Assembly (NCBI GenBank): GCA_031415255.1
Contig: JANORJ010000155.1
Location: 1 to 35,644 of the forward strand
Length of the DNA: 35,644 nt
From: Chitinophagaceae bacterium
GTDB taxonomy: Bacteria > Bacteroidota > Bacteroidia > Chitinophagales > Chitinophagaceae
Direction of reading: 5' to 3'
Shown here piece by piece: positions 1 through 8,739 of this stretch; the stretch's first letter is position 1; each line of letters begins with the position of its first letter. Below the pieces are notes generated by a model. The model did no database searches, had not been told where the DNA came from, and was given only the letters and a program-made list of their open reading frames with translations. The position numbers and the translations under genes are program-made.

Positions 1-1
1 T

Positions 2-1267
2 ACACAAGTTGATTGGGACAAACATGAAAAGCATGACCCGGTTCCTCAACTACGAAACAGATTGTTGGAAAGAGGAATACCAGACTCGGATTTATTACAA
101 ATAGAAAAAGAAGCTGCAGAAAGAGTGGCTGCCGATTTTGCTAAAGCAATAGCAGCAAAAGATCCTGATCCGGCAACTGTTGAGCAACATGTTTTTGTTT
201 CTACTCCCATAACAGTAGAGAAAGGAGAGAGAAGCCCCGCTGGTGCAGAAAAAGTTTTGATGGTAGATGCTGCTCTATATGCTATCAGAGAATTGATGGA
301 AGATAATCCAGACATGATTTTGTATGGACAGGATGTAGGCAAACGTTTAGGTGGCGTATTTCGTGAAGCTGCAACGTTAGCCGAACAGTTTGGCGAACAC
401 CGTGTTTTTAATACCGCCATTCAGGAAGCTTATATTGTTGGCTCCACAGTGGGATTAAATGCTGTTGGAATAAAACCAGTAGTGGAAGTACAATTTGCTG
501 ATTATATATATCCGGGATTTAATCAATTAGTTACAGAAATATCGAAGAGCTGTTACCTAACTTGCGGAAAATTTTCTGTCTCCATGGTACTGCGGGTACC
601 AATTGGTGCATATGGTGGTGGTGGCCCTTATCATAGTGGTAGTATTGAAACAACGTTGTTATCCATCAAAGGAATAAAAGTAGTGTATCCATCCAATGCC
701 GCAGATATGAAGGGGTTGATGAAAGCTGCATATTACGATGGAAACCCAGTGGTGATGCTTGAACACAAAGGTCTGTATTGGAGTAAAGTGCCCGGAACAG
801 ATGAAGCAAAAACGATTGAACCAGCTAGGGACTATATTATCCCATTGGGTAAAGCAGCTATTATTTTAAAAGCTGCTGAACAGGCAATGAACAATGGCGA
901 AAGCTGTGTAGTAATTACTTACGGAATGGGAGTTTATTGGGCAAAAGCTGCTGCAAAGAATTTTAATAATCAAATTGAGATTATTGATTTACGAACATTA
1001 TATCCATTAGATGAGGAACTGCTTTTTGAAAGGGTGATTGCACATGGAAAATGTTTGATACTTACAGAAGAACAACAGAATAATTCTTTTGCAGAAGCAT
1101 TGGCCGGAAGAATTTCTAAGCATTGCTTCAAATCTTTAGATGCTCCTGTTGAAGTATTGGGTGCATTAAATTTGCCAGCTGTGCCTATGAATATGGGATT
1201 AGAGAAGGCGATGCTGCCAAATGGGGAGAAGGTAACAGGTATTTTAAAAAAACTACTTATTTCATAA
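2..1267 (+). CDS. Fused alpha/beta 2-oxoacid dehydrogenase E1 (C-terminal part; 5' end outside the window)
   Basis: Frame is open from base 2. E1-beta motifs YGQDVG..GGVFR, RVFNTAIQE, VEVQFADY, GGPYHS, IDLRTLYPLD are preceded by an E1-alpha C-terminal tail (HDPVPQLR). Confidence 0.9.
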   Translation, partial: TQVDWDKHEKHDPVPQLRNRLLERGIPDSDLLQIEKEAAERVAADFAKAIAAKDPDPATVEQHVFVSTPITVEKGERSPAGAEKVLMVDAALYAIRELMEDNPDMILYGQDVGKRLGGVFREAATLAEQFGEHRVFNTAIQEAYIVGSTVGLNAVGIKPVVEVQFADYIYPGFNQLVTEISKSCYLTCGKFSVSMVLRVPIGAYGGGGPYHSGSIETTLLSIKGIKVVYPSNAADMKGLMKAAYYDGNPVVMLEHKGLYWSKVPGTDEAKTIEPARDYIIPLGKAAIILKAAEQAMNNGESCVVITYGMGVYWAKAAAKNFNNQIEIIDLRTLYPLDEELLFERVIAHGKCLILTEEQQNNSFAEALAGRISKHCFKSLDAPVEVLGALNLPAVPMNMGLEKAMLPNGEKVTGILKKLLIS

Positions 1268-1333
1268 TTAGTTTCGTAGTATCAATTTACTAAATGAAAT
1301 CATAGAAAATGAAACAAGAAGATGGAAGATATA

Positions 1334-2083
1334 TTATCCTTCCAGATGAATTGTAAACACAATCATCCTCGATTGTATTTTATCAAACACACTAGAGAAT
1401 TTAAGATTGGGGTCTCTTGCATGAATATTGCGCAGGCCATTGCTGATTTTTATTTCAGGCGAAAAAATAAAACTGGGAAAATAAAAATTAAAGCCAATAC
1501 CAAACTCAGGGCCGAAATCATACTTTTCAATTTTTACAAGGTCTTCTGCTTTTTTTGCACGGGCATTACTAGCCATATCAATATCAGCTTTTATACCCAG
1601 CAATGTATAAACACGAAAATTACCAATCCGGTCACTCTGAAATTTTAACTGAAATGGGAAAGCAGCTATAATAGATTCTACTTTTTTTGTAACATCTGTA
1701 TCTCCATTAATATCCGGGTACTTAAGCCGGTAGTGTATATTCCGTTCAACAAACATCAACTGCGGATTGAAACGTAGTTGAAAACGATTGGATAAACGAG
1801 CTGTGGCCTGAAAGCCTAAAGTGATGCCACCAGAGTTGGTAGGTTCGGCTACATACACACTATCCTGTAGCAAAAAAAGAGGATTTAGTGATGTTTGAAA
1901 CCGGGCTAGGTTGATGCCGAGGCTCATACCAAAATAGTAAGGCTTACTGTCCTGATCGGTACGATTCATCTCCACTTTGCTGAACTGGGCTGCGGAAATT
2001 TGAGAAAGCAACAGCCCTCCGCAAAGCAACAACGATACGGCACTTATTTTTAAAAAGGCTTTTGTCCGGAGTAAATGCAACAT
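1334..2083 (-). CDS. porT: PorT/SprT-family outer-membrane beta-barrel (T9SS)
   Basis: Signal peptide, amphipathic beta strands, KFQSDRIGNFRVY and FNFYFPSFIFSPEIK motifs; directly downstream of ubiE as is common in Bacteroidota. Confidence 0.75.
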   Translation of the reverse strand: MLHLLRTKAFLKISAVSLLLCGGLLLSQISAAQFSKVEMNRTDQDSKPYYFGMSLGINLARFQTSLNPLFLLQDSVYVAEPTNSGGITLGFQATARLSNRFQLRFNPQLMFVERNIHYRLKYPDINGDTDVTKKVESIIAAFPFQLKFQSDRIGNFRVYTLLGIKADIDMASNARAKKAEDLVKIEKYDFGPEFGIGFNFYFPSFIFSPEIKISNGLRNIHARDPNLKFSSVFDKIQSRMIVFTIHLEG

Positions 2084-2802
2084 ATTCCTAAGCTTAGCGG
2101 TTCGAATTCCGTTTCGGAGTATCCCACTTTTTTTAAAATGTCAGTAAATAAATGGCGGTCGGGAAAAGCATTGGCTGACTCATTCAAATATTGATAGGCT
2201 TCTTTGTTTTGTTTAAACCATCGTGCCACCTGCGGTGCCACAATACCCATGTACAGATTGTATAAACTTTTAACTGGCTTGAGCCGGGGTTTCGAAAATT
2301 CAAGTACAATCAAACGGCCACCGGGTTTTAATACCCGAAGCATTTCTGCCAGACCGTTTTCCAGGTTTTCAAAGTTGCGGACTCCAAAGGCCACCATCAC
2401 GGCATCAAACGTATTTTCGGCAAAGTTTATTGTTTCTGAATCACCTAGCTGTAACTGGATTTTATCCCCAAGTTCTTCTTTTTCAATCTTTTTTCTGCCA
2501 AATTCCAGCATTCCCGCAGAAATATCAATACCTGCAATGTGGTCGGGCTTTAGCAGTTTATAAGCCATAAGTGCCATATCTGCAGTGCCGGTGGCTACAT
2601 CTAAAATATGTCGGGGATTATCCTTTTTCAGCCTACATATAGCTTTTTTGCGCCAACCAATATCTGTTCTGGCAGAGAGAAACCGGTTCATTTTATCATA
2701 GTTACCGGCTATTTTATTAAACATATCAGCTACCTGTTCTTTCTTCGTTTTGTCAGAATCTTTGAACGGATTGATATGGTCGTGAGGTAGAGGGTTTGAC
2801 AT
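2050..2802 (-). CDS. ubiE: Demethylmenaquinone methyltransferase UbiE/MenG
   Basis: KKEQVADMF..IA..YD, LDVATGTAD SAM motif, AFGVRNF, RVLKPGG..LEFS. ATG at 2802 preferred over the upstream TTG. Confidence 0.95.
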   Translation of the reverse strand: MSNPLPHDHINPFKDSDKTKKEQVADMFNKIAGNYDKMNRFLSARTDIGWRKKAICRLKKDNPRHILDVATGTADMALMAYKLLKPDHIAGIDISAGMLEFGRKKIEKEELGDKIQLQLGDSETINFAENTFDAVMVAFGVRNFENLENGLAEMLRVLKPGGRLIVLEFSKPRLKPVKSLYNLYMGIVAPQVARWFKQNKEAYQYLNESANAFPDRHLFTDILKKVGYSETEFEPLSLGICCIYSGQKPF

Positions 2803-2808
2803 GGGTTG

Positions 2809-2816
2809 CAAATATA
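2809..2816 (-). promoter_or_regulatory. Bacteroidota -7 promoter element (TATATTTG) for ubiE-porT
   Basis: Exact TAnnTTTG match 6 nt before the ATG at 2802. Confidence 0.65.
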
Positions 2817-2887
2817 ACAAGGTTTGATAAGTAAGGTTTGCTGTTTAAAGTGTTAAAGCATTTTGTTTCCTGTTATCTTGCAGGCCA

Positions 2888-3508
2888 ATGGAAATCATTT
2901 CATCACAATATATTATTAGCAGTCCCGGCTACAAAGATTGCCCACCGGCGGATAAGCCTGAGTATGCTTTTATTGGCCGAAGCAATGTGGGCAAATCGTC
3001 GTTGATAAATATGTTGACCAATAAAACAGGGTTGGCTAAAATATCTTCCACACCCGGAAAAACACAATTGCTTAATCATTTTGAGATTGTTTCTTCCGAT
3101 AAGAAAAAATGGTTCTTGGTGGATTTGCCGGGTTATGGTTATGCGGCCACCGTTTCTCAGAAGTCGAGGAATAATTGGGGAAATATGATTGAATCCTACA
3201 TCCGTAAACGGGAAAACCTCGTTTGTGTGTTTGTGCTTATAGATAGCCGGCATGAGCCGCAGGCTATTGATCTGGAGTTTATTAACCAGTTGGGAGAATG
3301 GCAAACACCTTTTGTGCTGGTGTTTACCAAAAGTGATAAAAATAAACCCGGGGCTACAGATAGGAACGTGGCAAAGTTTCTGGAAGTTTTATCGGAAAAA
3401 TGGGAGGAAAGCCCTCCTCACTTTGTTACCTCGGCCACCAAAAAGGCAGGACGTAAGCCTTTGTTGGATTATATTGGGGGTTTAAATCGCAGTTTTATAA
3501 AGCTTTAG
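2888..3508 (+). CDS. engB: Ribosome biogenesis GTPase EngB/YihA/YsxC
   Basis: GRSNVGKSS, TPGKT, DLPGYG and TKSD G-motifs. Confidence 0.95.
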   Translation: MEIISSQYIISSPGYKDCPPADKPEYAFIGRSNVGKSSLINMLTNKTGLAKISSTPGKTQLLNHFEIVSSDKKKWFLVDLPGYGYAATVSQKSRNNWGNMIESYIRKRENLVCVFVLIDSRHEPQAIDLEFINQLGEWQTPFVLVFTKSDKNKPGATDRNVAKFLEVLSEKWEESPPHFVTSATKKAGRKPLLDYIGGLNRSFIKL

Positions 3509-3516
3509 CTAAAAAA

Positions 3517-3532
3517 TACCACAAAAGGGGTA
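3517..3532. promoter_or_regulatory. 7-2-7 inverted heptamer site (TACCACA-AA-AGGGGTA), NarL/FixJ-type operator candidate
   Basis: Right half reads TACCCCT on the minus strand (NarL consensus TACYYMT); lies upstream of the small ORF at 3581. Confidence 0.35.
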
Positions 3533-3580
3533 TTAGTTCATCGGGATTTTAGACTTACTTTGCACTTAATAAACCTGCTT

Positions 3581-3781
3581 ATGAAAGCAATCTTATCCGA
3601 AAAAAATTTAGTAGTAGTACTATTTGTAATGGTACTTGTTACATTCTCTCTTGCTCAGGAGGATAGTAAGAAGATGGAGAAACTGCAAATTGGCATTAAT
3701 AAATCTACAGCTTCCACATTAATAACTGATTATCTCCAAGTGCCGGTGAAAAAAAAGGTTCTTTTAATTCCCTGGAAATAG
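3581..3781 (+). CDS. Small hypothetical protein with N-terminal hydrophobic helix
   Basis: ATG at 3581 after an AT-rich leader; LVVVLFVMVLVTFSLAQ signal/TM segment. Confidence 0.6.
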   Translation: MKAILSEKNLVVVLFVMVLVTFSLAQEDSKKMEKLQIGINKSTASTLITDYLQVPVKKKVLLIPWK

Positions 3782-3841
3782 CACACTTCCATTACTTATC
3801 CTAATTTCAATCTTTTTGATTTTTCATTCCCAACAAATTCT

Positions 3842-4177
3842 ATGAAGAAGTTATTGTTATTACTATTTTTTATCAGCAATGTAGCCGGTTTTTCACAAAC
3901 AGGTGATAGTGTAAAAAAGGTAAAACAGCTAAAAAGATTAATATCTGCTGATTCGGTGGCTAAAAAGATACAGGACCTTAAATACAAGATGGATACAGCC
4001 ATTCAAATATCTGATAGCAATCAGGTAAGCGAAAGTATTTCCCGAAATTTTGATGGAATACTTCAATGGCAAAAACAACAAAAGGCTAAAGAGAAAAGGT
4101 CAGCTTGGATTCGCATTTGTTTTGGAATAATACTTTTAGGTATTCTGGTTGTTGGAATGCGAAGAAGGAAAAAGTAA
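3842..4177 (+). CDS. Hypothetical exported protein with C-terminal membrane anchor
   Basis: Signal peptide ending GFS-Q; C-terminal TM helix followed by RRRKK. Confidence 0.7.
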   Translation: MKKLLLLLFFISNVAGFSQTGDSVKKVKQLKRLISADSVAKKIQDLKYKMDTAIQISDSNQVSESISRNFDGILQWQKQQKAKEKRSAWIRICFGIILLGILVVGMRRRKK

Positions 4178-4194
4178 GGAAGTCAGTTTTAATG

Positions 4195-4211
4195 GCGGAG
4201 GTTCTCTCCGC
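4195..4211. terminator. Hairpin between convergent genes (possible terminator)
   Basis: GCGGAG-gttct-CTCCGC stem; no clear U tract. Confidence 0.3.
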
Positions 4212-4241
4212 ATTATCTTATTTAAAAAATACGGCGACCGT

Positions 4242-4715
4242 TTAATTCACCACCTTGTTGGCACAACTGCTGCTGGCAAACGCTTCTGGTTTGGCTTTAA
4301 AAGCAAAGCCCATGCCCAGGATGTAGCCCATTGCTTCTTTAAGTGCATCGTTACTTTTGAACTGTGGATTGGTGTTAATGTCAGCATGTACTTCCATGTC
4401 CACATTGTACACAGTAAACAGATTGCAGAGCTGATAAGCAATTTCAATGCTTTTAGCAACTTCAGTCAGCATTCTTTCTTTGATGGTAAACCGCTGCAGG
4501 GTTTTTTCGTTGTGAATGAACATAAAACCGCCATGCCCTTCCCGTAGGAAAACAATGACGGTAGCAAATTCTGTTTCTTTTCCTTTTACCTGCGAGTCGG
4601 TACCGATGCAAACTTTTAAACGAAATCCTTTTTTAGTTTCACGTTTAATTGCATTTTCAACTGCTTCCATAATTGGTAGTTCAATCGGGTCGCCATTAAA
4701 TTTTCTCCAAAGCAT
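4242..4715 (-). CDS. YkuK/DUF458 RNase H-like protein
   Basis: IGTDSQ, FATVIVF.R.G.GG, ERM..E...S, EVHADIN, KPEAFASSSCA pattern. ATG at 4715 preferred. Confidence 0.8.
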   Translation of the reverse strand: MLWRKFNGDPIELPIMEAVENAIKRETKKGFRLKVCIGTDSQVKGKETEFATVIVFLREGHGGFMFIHNEKTLQRFTIKERMLTEVAKSIEIAYQLCNLFTVYNVDMEVHADINTNPQFKSNDALKEAMGYILGMGFAFKAKPEAFASSSCANKVVN

Positions 4716-4751
4716 AAAAAAGAGGTTTTCCCAAGTTACAGGAAAACCTCT
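4716..4751 (-). terminator. Intrinsic-terminator-like hairpin abutting the YkuK start codon
   Basis: 11-bp perfect stem AGAGGTTTTCC/GGAAAACCTCT followed by a T run on the minus strand. Confidence 0.6.
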
Positions 4752-4777
4752 GATTAACAATAGGGGTACGGAATATT

Positions 4778-4796
4778 GTCCAGCCTGAGGCTGGAC
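4778..4796. repeat. Perfect palindromic hairpin just after the metalloprotease stop codon
   Basis: GTCCAGCC-tga-GGCTGGAC. Confidence 0.6.
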
Positions 4797-4806
4797 GGAA
4801 AAGCGT

Positions 4807-6399
4807 TTATTGTTTTACAAATTTATCAATCCACTGCTCGCTGCCGTTAGCAAAACGGATAAAGTACATGCCACCAGTTATGGATGTTGTATTTATCGTA
4901 TTCAAGCCATTGGTAACCTGACCTCTGCTTATTGTTTTGCCACTGAATTCATGCACGGTATAATCATAATTGCCGGGGCTTGTTACTACAATATTACCGG
5001 TGGAGATGTTGCTGACTAATTTAGGCCATTCGTTTATTCCGGTATTGCGTAAAGAAACTACATTGGAATAATACTGGTGACCATTATCGAACGTAACGTT
5101 AAGCCGGTACTGTGCTGTTGTTGACACATACGGTTTGTACATAAACGAACGCAGGCTATTGGGTGATTGTGTTACGGGGCTGAAATTTCTACCATCAGTT
5201 GAAATTTCCAGTATTTGTTTTGTAACAGCTTCATCAGCATCAATAAGCCAGGATAATCTATGTTTATCACTGACTAATTCTCCCTGCAGTTCCAACCTTC
5301 TTAATGGAAGTGTGCCGCTGGTAAAATTACCCTGTAACGAATAGGAGCCAAGGCTTGCATAGTTAGGTGCATATATATTTCCTTTGCCTTCTATTCTAAG
5401 ATAATAGGTTCCGGTGTTTAGCATCGTATCAATTACTGAACTAAGTAATGTTCCCGGATTAAAAATATTTAACTGAGTTTGTGAGCTATTATATAAAGTA
5501 ACCTGCAAATCAAGATTAGAGCCTGAGTTACCTGCGCCAACACCATACGGAACGGCATTTAATTGAAACCGGCCGGTAGAAGGTTGGGTAAATCTTATCA
5601 TATCCTGATCGGTGTTTTGTCCAATGATTCCACTTACATTAAATTGATTACTTACATAAGGTGCAATAGTTGCTCCTGCAAATGTGGCAGCATAATCATC
5701 AGTGCGATAACCAAAACCATTAGCTGTAGTTATTACCGTCATGTCATTCTGTATACTGGCGCAGCCATAAGGGTTAGGTCCGTTATTCCACAACGTTAAA
5801 TTCTGATAGTAACCAACACCCATAATAGGTGCCCAGCCAATTTCACCCGAACCTTGGCCGTAGTTATAATTTGATGTCAATGCACAGCTTGCATTGTAAG
5901 TGGCCTGGTGATATAAGCCAAGAGTATGGCCTGCTTCATGTGATGCTGCTTCAGAAATGTATTTAACATTATAAGTGAGCAAGGCACTGAATATAAAACA
6001 AGGCGTATCATCACCCCAGGTAAAAGAATTAACGAATGCTACACCACCGGCAGAGCCATACCAGTCAGAAGTAACTGTTAGTATTGCTCTCATTCGCTTG
6101 GCAGCAGGGGCCGCCAGGTATTTAGTAGAGTCGGTTGTGATGTTAACTGCAAAAGGACGGTAATCTTCTGCCACCCGATTAAAGACTGTGGTGATCTGAG
6201 AATTATCTAAACCGGATGCACCGCAATAAATAGGGCCGGCATAATTCCAACTGGTGCCACTTACAGTATGGCCATCGAAATCCAGGAATATTACTGCAGA
6301 TGCAGTTGGGTTACTGCTCAACAGCGGTACCTGGGCGGTTACTGTCATAGTGCTGATTAATGACATCAGCAATAGACATGATTTGATTAGGTTTTTCAT
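4807..6399 (-). CDS. Secreted metzincin zinc metalloprotease with PPC/Ig-like domains and T9SS type A C-terminal domain
   Basis: Signal peptide, IFLDFDG, HEAGHTLGLYH zinc motif, APIMG Met-turn, TLPL/STDGRNF Ig domain, C-terminal GMYFIR...KFVKQ. Confidence 0.88.
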   Translation of the reverse strand: MKNLIKSCLLLMSLISTMTVTAQVPLLSSNPTASAVIFLDFDGHTVSGTSWNYAGPIYCGASGLDNSQITTVFNRVAEDYRPFAVNITTDSTKYLAAPAAKRMRAILTVTSDWYGSAGGVAFVNSFTWGDDTPCFIFSALLTYNVKYISEAASHEAGHTLGLYHQATYNASCALTSNYNYGQGSGEIGWAPIMGVGYYQNLTLWNNGPNPYGCASIQNDMTVITTANGFGYRTDDYAATFAGATIAPYVSNQFNVSGIIGQNTDQDMIRFTQPSTGRFQLNAVPYGVGAGNSGSNLDLQVTLYNSSQTQLNIFNPGTLLSSVIDTMLNTGTYYLRIEGKGNIYAPNYASLGSYSLQGNFTSGTLPLRRLELQGELVSDKHRLSWLIDADEAVTKQILEISTDGRNFSPVTQSPNSLRSFMYKPYVSTTAQYRLNVTFDNGHQYYSNVVSLRNTGINEWPKLVSNISTGNIVVTSPGNYDYTVHEFSGKTISRGQVTNGLNTINTTSITGGMYFIRFANGSEQWIDKFVKQ

Positions 6400-6492
6400 A
6401 ACAAGTCGGATTTTAATTTTTCAATAGGTACAAGTAACAAATAGGGATACGGATGTAAAAACGGGTCAATTCTAAAAATTTTTATTTTTAGT

Positions 6493-6966
6493 TTATTCGT
6501 TTACGAGGTCATAAAAATTTCTTTTAACAAGCACCAGCTCATTATTCAGCTTTTGCAATTCAAATAAATCGCCATGCTGAAAACTGATGATTCGGCCAGT
6601 ATAAGTAACTGTTCCATCAGTAGCAATAACTTTTGATACAGTAAACCTTGCCCCATTATAATTGCTGGAACGAATTACAACACTCTGCATACTGTTTGCA
6701 TACTTATTTACCGAGGAAATTACCTCGCCGGTAAATTGCAGATTGTTCTGAGCAGAAAGACTGAGATTTATTTCTCTGCCAACTGGTGTTGCAAACAGGC
6801 TGCTGATATCATTCATACTAACCGGAATTTTATCCGGCAGGTTACTGAACAACACAGGTTTGTTGTAATCAGGTTCGTTAATAGGGATTGCTGCATTTTG
6901 TGCTGATGTGCACAGGCTGTAAAACAAGATGCTAACGCATACTGCGGTGGTACGTAGGTTTTTCAT
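6493..6966 (-). CDS. Exported hypothetical protein, possible stand-alone metalloprotease pro-domain
   Basis: Signal peptide ending TSA-Q, beta-rich 157 aa, co-oriented just upstream of the metzincin. Confidence 0.75.
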   Translation of the reverse strand: MKNLRTTAVCVSILFYSLCTSAQNAAIPINEPDYNKPVLFSNLPDKIPVSMNDISSLFATPVGREINLSLSAQNNLQFTGEVISSVNKYANSMQSVVIRSSNYNGARFTVSKVIATDGTVTYTGRIISFQHGDLFELQKLNNELVLVKRNFYDLVNE

Positions 6967-7164
6967 TTCAACTTTTTTTAAAGGTCAATAGGATGTTGTT
7001 CAGCAACCTGGATTTGTGGTTGCAGTAATCAGTGGGGTACGGTGATACAAGGTTTGTGAAAGTTTTGAGAACTTCCAAGCAATAGACAAAGGAAATCCAA
7101 ATATTGAGGAGTAGTACTTTTAACCATTCGTAAAAGCACGGGAAGCAGAGTTGTTTATTTACTA

Positions 7165-7530
7165 TTAGTACTGATTGGTGCTAAGCATAACTAAAGTGCA
7201 GGCTTCAATAGTTGTTATACCTTTTTCTTTTGCAAGCGCCGCCAGTTCAACGTTTTCGGCTCCTGGATTAAAGATGATGCGGTTTGGTAGAAGAGAAAAA
7301 ATGTAATCGTAGTATTCCTGCTGGTGAAGTGGATTCAGATAAAGGGTTACGGTATCAATATTATCAAAAGGCTTTTTATCTTTTTCAATGGCTACATCTG
7401 CTACCTGTGTAAGCTTTCTACCGACGGCCACTACGGGATGTCCGTGACTGCGTAATCGCTGTACAGCGAGGTAGCTATATCTTGAAGGATTGTCTGAAGC
7501 ACCGAGAACCAGCGTTTTCTTTTCGTTCAT
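7165..7530 (-). CDS. CoA-binding protein (YccU-like)
   Basis: LVLGASDNPSRYS, DTVTLY, FNPGAEN, ACTLVML. Confidence 0.9.
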   Translation of the reverse strand: MNEKKTLVLGASDNPSRYSYLAVQRLRSHGHPVVAVGRKLTQVADVAIEKDKKPFDNIDTVTLYLNPLHQQEYYDYIFSLLPNRIIFNPGAENVELAALAKEKGITTIEACTLVMLSTNQY

Positions 7531-7640
7531 GTTGTAAAACTATGGAGTTTTATTTTTCGTTGTTAGCTTTTATCGGATAGGTTGTGTAGAAAAAATAAAT
7601 AGCCGTTTAAAATTTATTGATGATTGACTTATATCTAGGC

Positions 7641-8147
7641 CTATTTAAAGAACTTCATCATTGTTCCAACAAACCAACTTTCCTCGGCCTTTATCATCAT
7701 ATCTAATGTTTTATCGGCTTGGCGACCTAGTTTTTTTATGCCGCTTACAGTGTCCACAAATGTTTTTACATGCTTATCTCTTTTATCGCCTTCTACTTTT
7801 TCCAGTTTATCTAATAACTGAAGCATGGGTTCCAGCTCCCGTTTCTTTCTTTCTTTTACTATCAGTTTCACCACTTTCCAAATATCTTTTTCGGCAGTGA
7901 AATATTCTTTTCTTTCGCCGGACAGTAATACCCTTTCTACAAGCCCCCAGTTAATAAGCTCCCGGATATTCATATTGGTATTGCCTCGGCTTATATTTAA
8001 CTGCTCCATTATATCATCCTGAGTTAGCGGGTCGGCGCTGATAAGCAGCAGAGCATGAATTTGTGCCATAGTCCGGTTAATACCCCAGTGGGTGCCAAAG
8101 GCTCCCCAGCTGCTGATGAACTGTTGTCTTGCTTCTAGCAATTTCAT
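7641..8147 (-). CDS. GbsR/MarR-family transcriptional regulator
   Basis: WG...WGINRTMAQIHALL, winged HTH ISRGN...L..WGLV, GERKEYF.AEKD. Confidence 0.9.
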   Translation of the reverse strand: MKLLEARQQFISSWGAFGTHWGINRTMAQIHALLLISADPLTQDDIMEQLNISRGNTNMNIRELINWGLVERVLLSGERKEYFTAEKDIWKVVKLIVKERKKRELEPMLQLLDKLEKVEGDKRDKHVKTFVDTVSGIKKLGRQADKTLDMMIKAEESWFVGTMMKFFK

Positions 8148-8167
8148 GATATAAAATTACAAGACTG

Positions 8168-8194
8168 TTTTTGAAATTTCAAAAATTACTGAAA
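8168..8194. promoter_or_regulatory. Palindromic operator candidate upstream of the GbsR-family gene
   Basis: Perfect 18-bp palindrome TTTTTGAAATTTCAAAAA (8168-8185) overlapping TTTCA-N8-TGAAA (8177-8194). Confidence 0.55.
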
Positions 8195-8300
8195 ATAAAT
8201 TTGCCTATGCGTGGGTGATTGCCAATAAGTTGAATCGGGCAATTTTTGTTGGTGTACAGGGAAGTCTATAGGCTTGCAGGCGAATAAAAAAAGCAGGTGA

Positions 8301-8534
8301 TTATCGGGAAGCGAATCTGTTTTTCCTTTTTTTTCTGCTATTTAGCCGATGTACAATTCTTACTATCGAGTTTACTATTGCCAAAAAAATGGAAAGGCCA
8401 GCAACTATAAAGAGTAGTTCCGAAAAATTACCTTCCAGAAACTTTACCATTCCATTAAACAGAATAGAGCAACAAGCTGTTACTATAAATAAGCCAGACC
8501 AGGAGAATTCGTTTTCTTTATCTCTATCTTCCAT
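8301..8534 (-). CDS. Small two-TM hypothetical membrane protein
   Basis: Two hydrophobic segments and a basic tail; ATG start. Confidence 0.5.
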   Translation of the reverse strand: MEDRDKENEFSWSGLFIVTACCSILFNGMVKFLEGNFSELLFIVAGLSIFLAIVNSIVRIVHRLNSRKKRKNRFASR

Positions 8535-8682
8535 TGGGTTGATTTTATATTGTAATATAACAGCAAAAGCTACACTGTATTTTAACTGTCAGTTTTATTT
8601 TTCTTCTTTAAGGCTATCCACTTATTTTATTTAAGTGATAAATAATATCCGCAACAAACTTGCCAGACTGTTGACTGCAAAC

Positions 8683-8710
8683 AAAAAAACTACCCATTTG
8701 GGTAGCTTTT
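8683..8710 (-). terminator. Intrinsic terminator of the PDH E2 gene
   Basis: CTACCC-attt-GGGTAG stem with A7 on the left (U7 on the minus strand), about 30 nt after the stop. Confidence 0.7.
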
Positions 8711-8739
8711 CATAATTATTCCGAAGTATAAATACTTTT

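Noticed and set aside
1268-1356. Promoter-like TAGTTTCG plus short ORF MKQEDGRYIILPDEL, possibly a second chimeric junction
   Set aside because: Both flanking genes end normally and I see no clear compositional break; it cannot be supported without reads.
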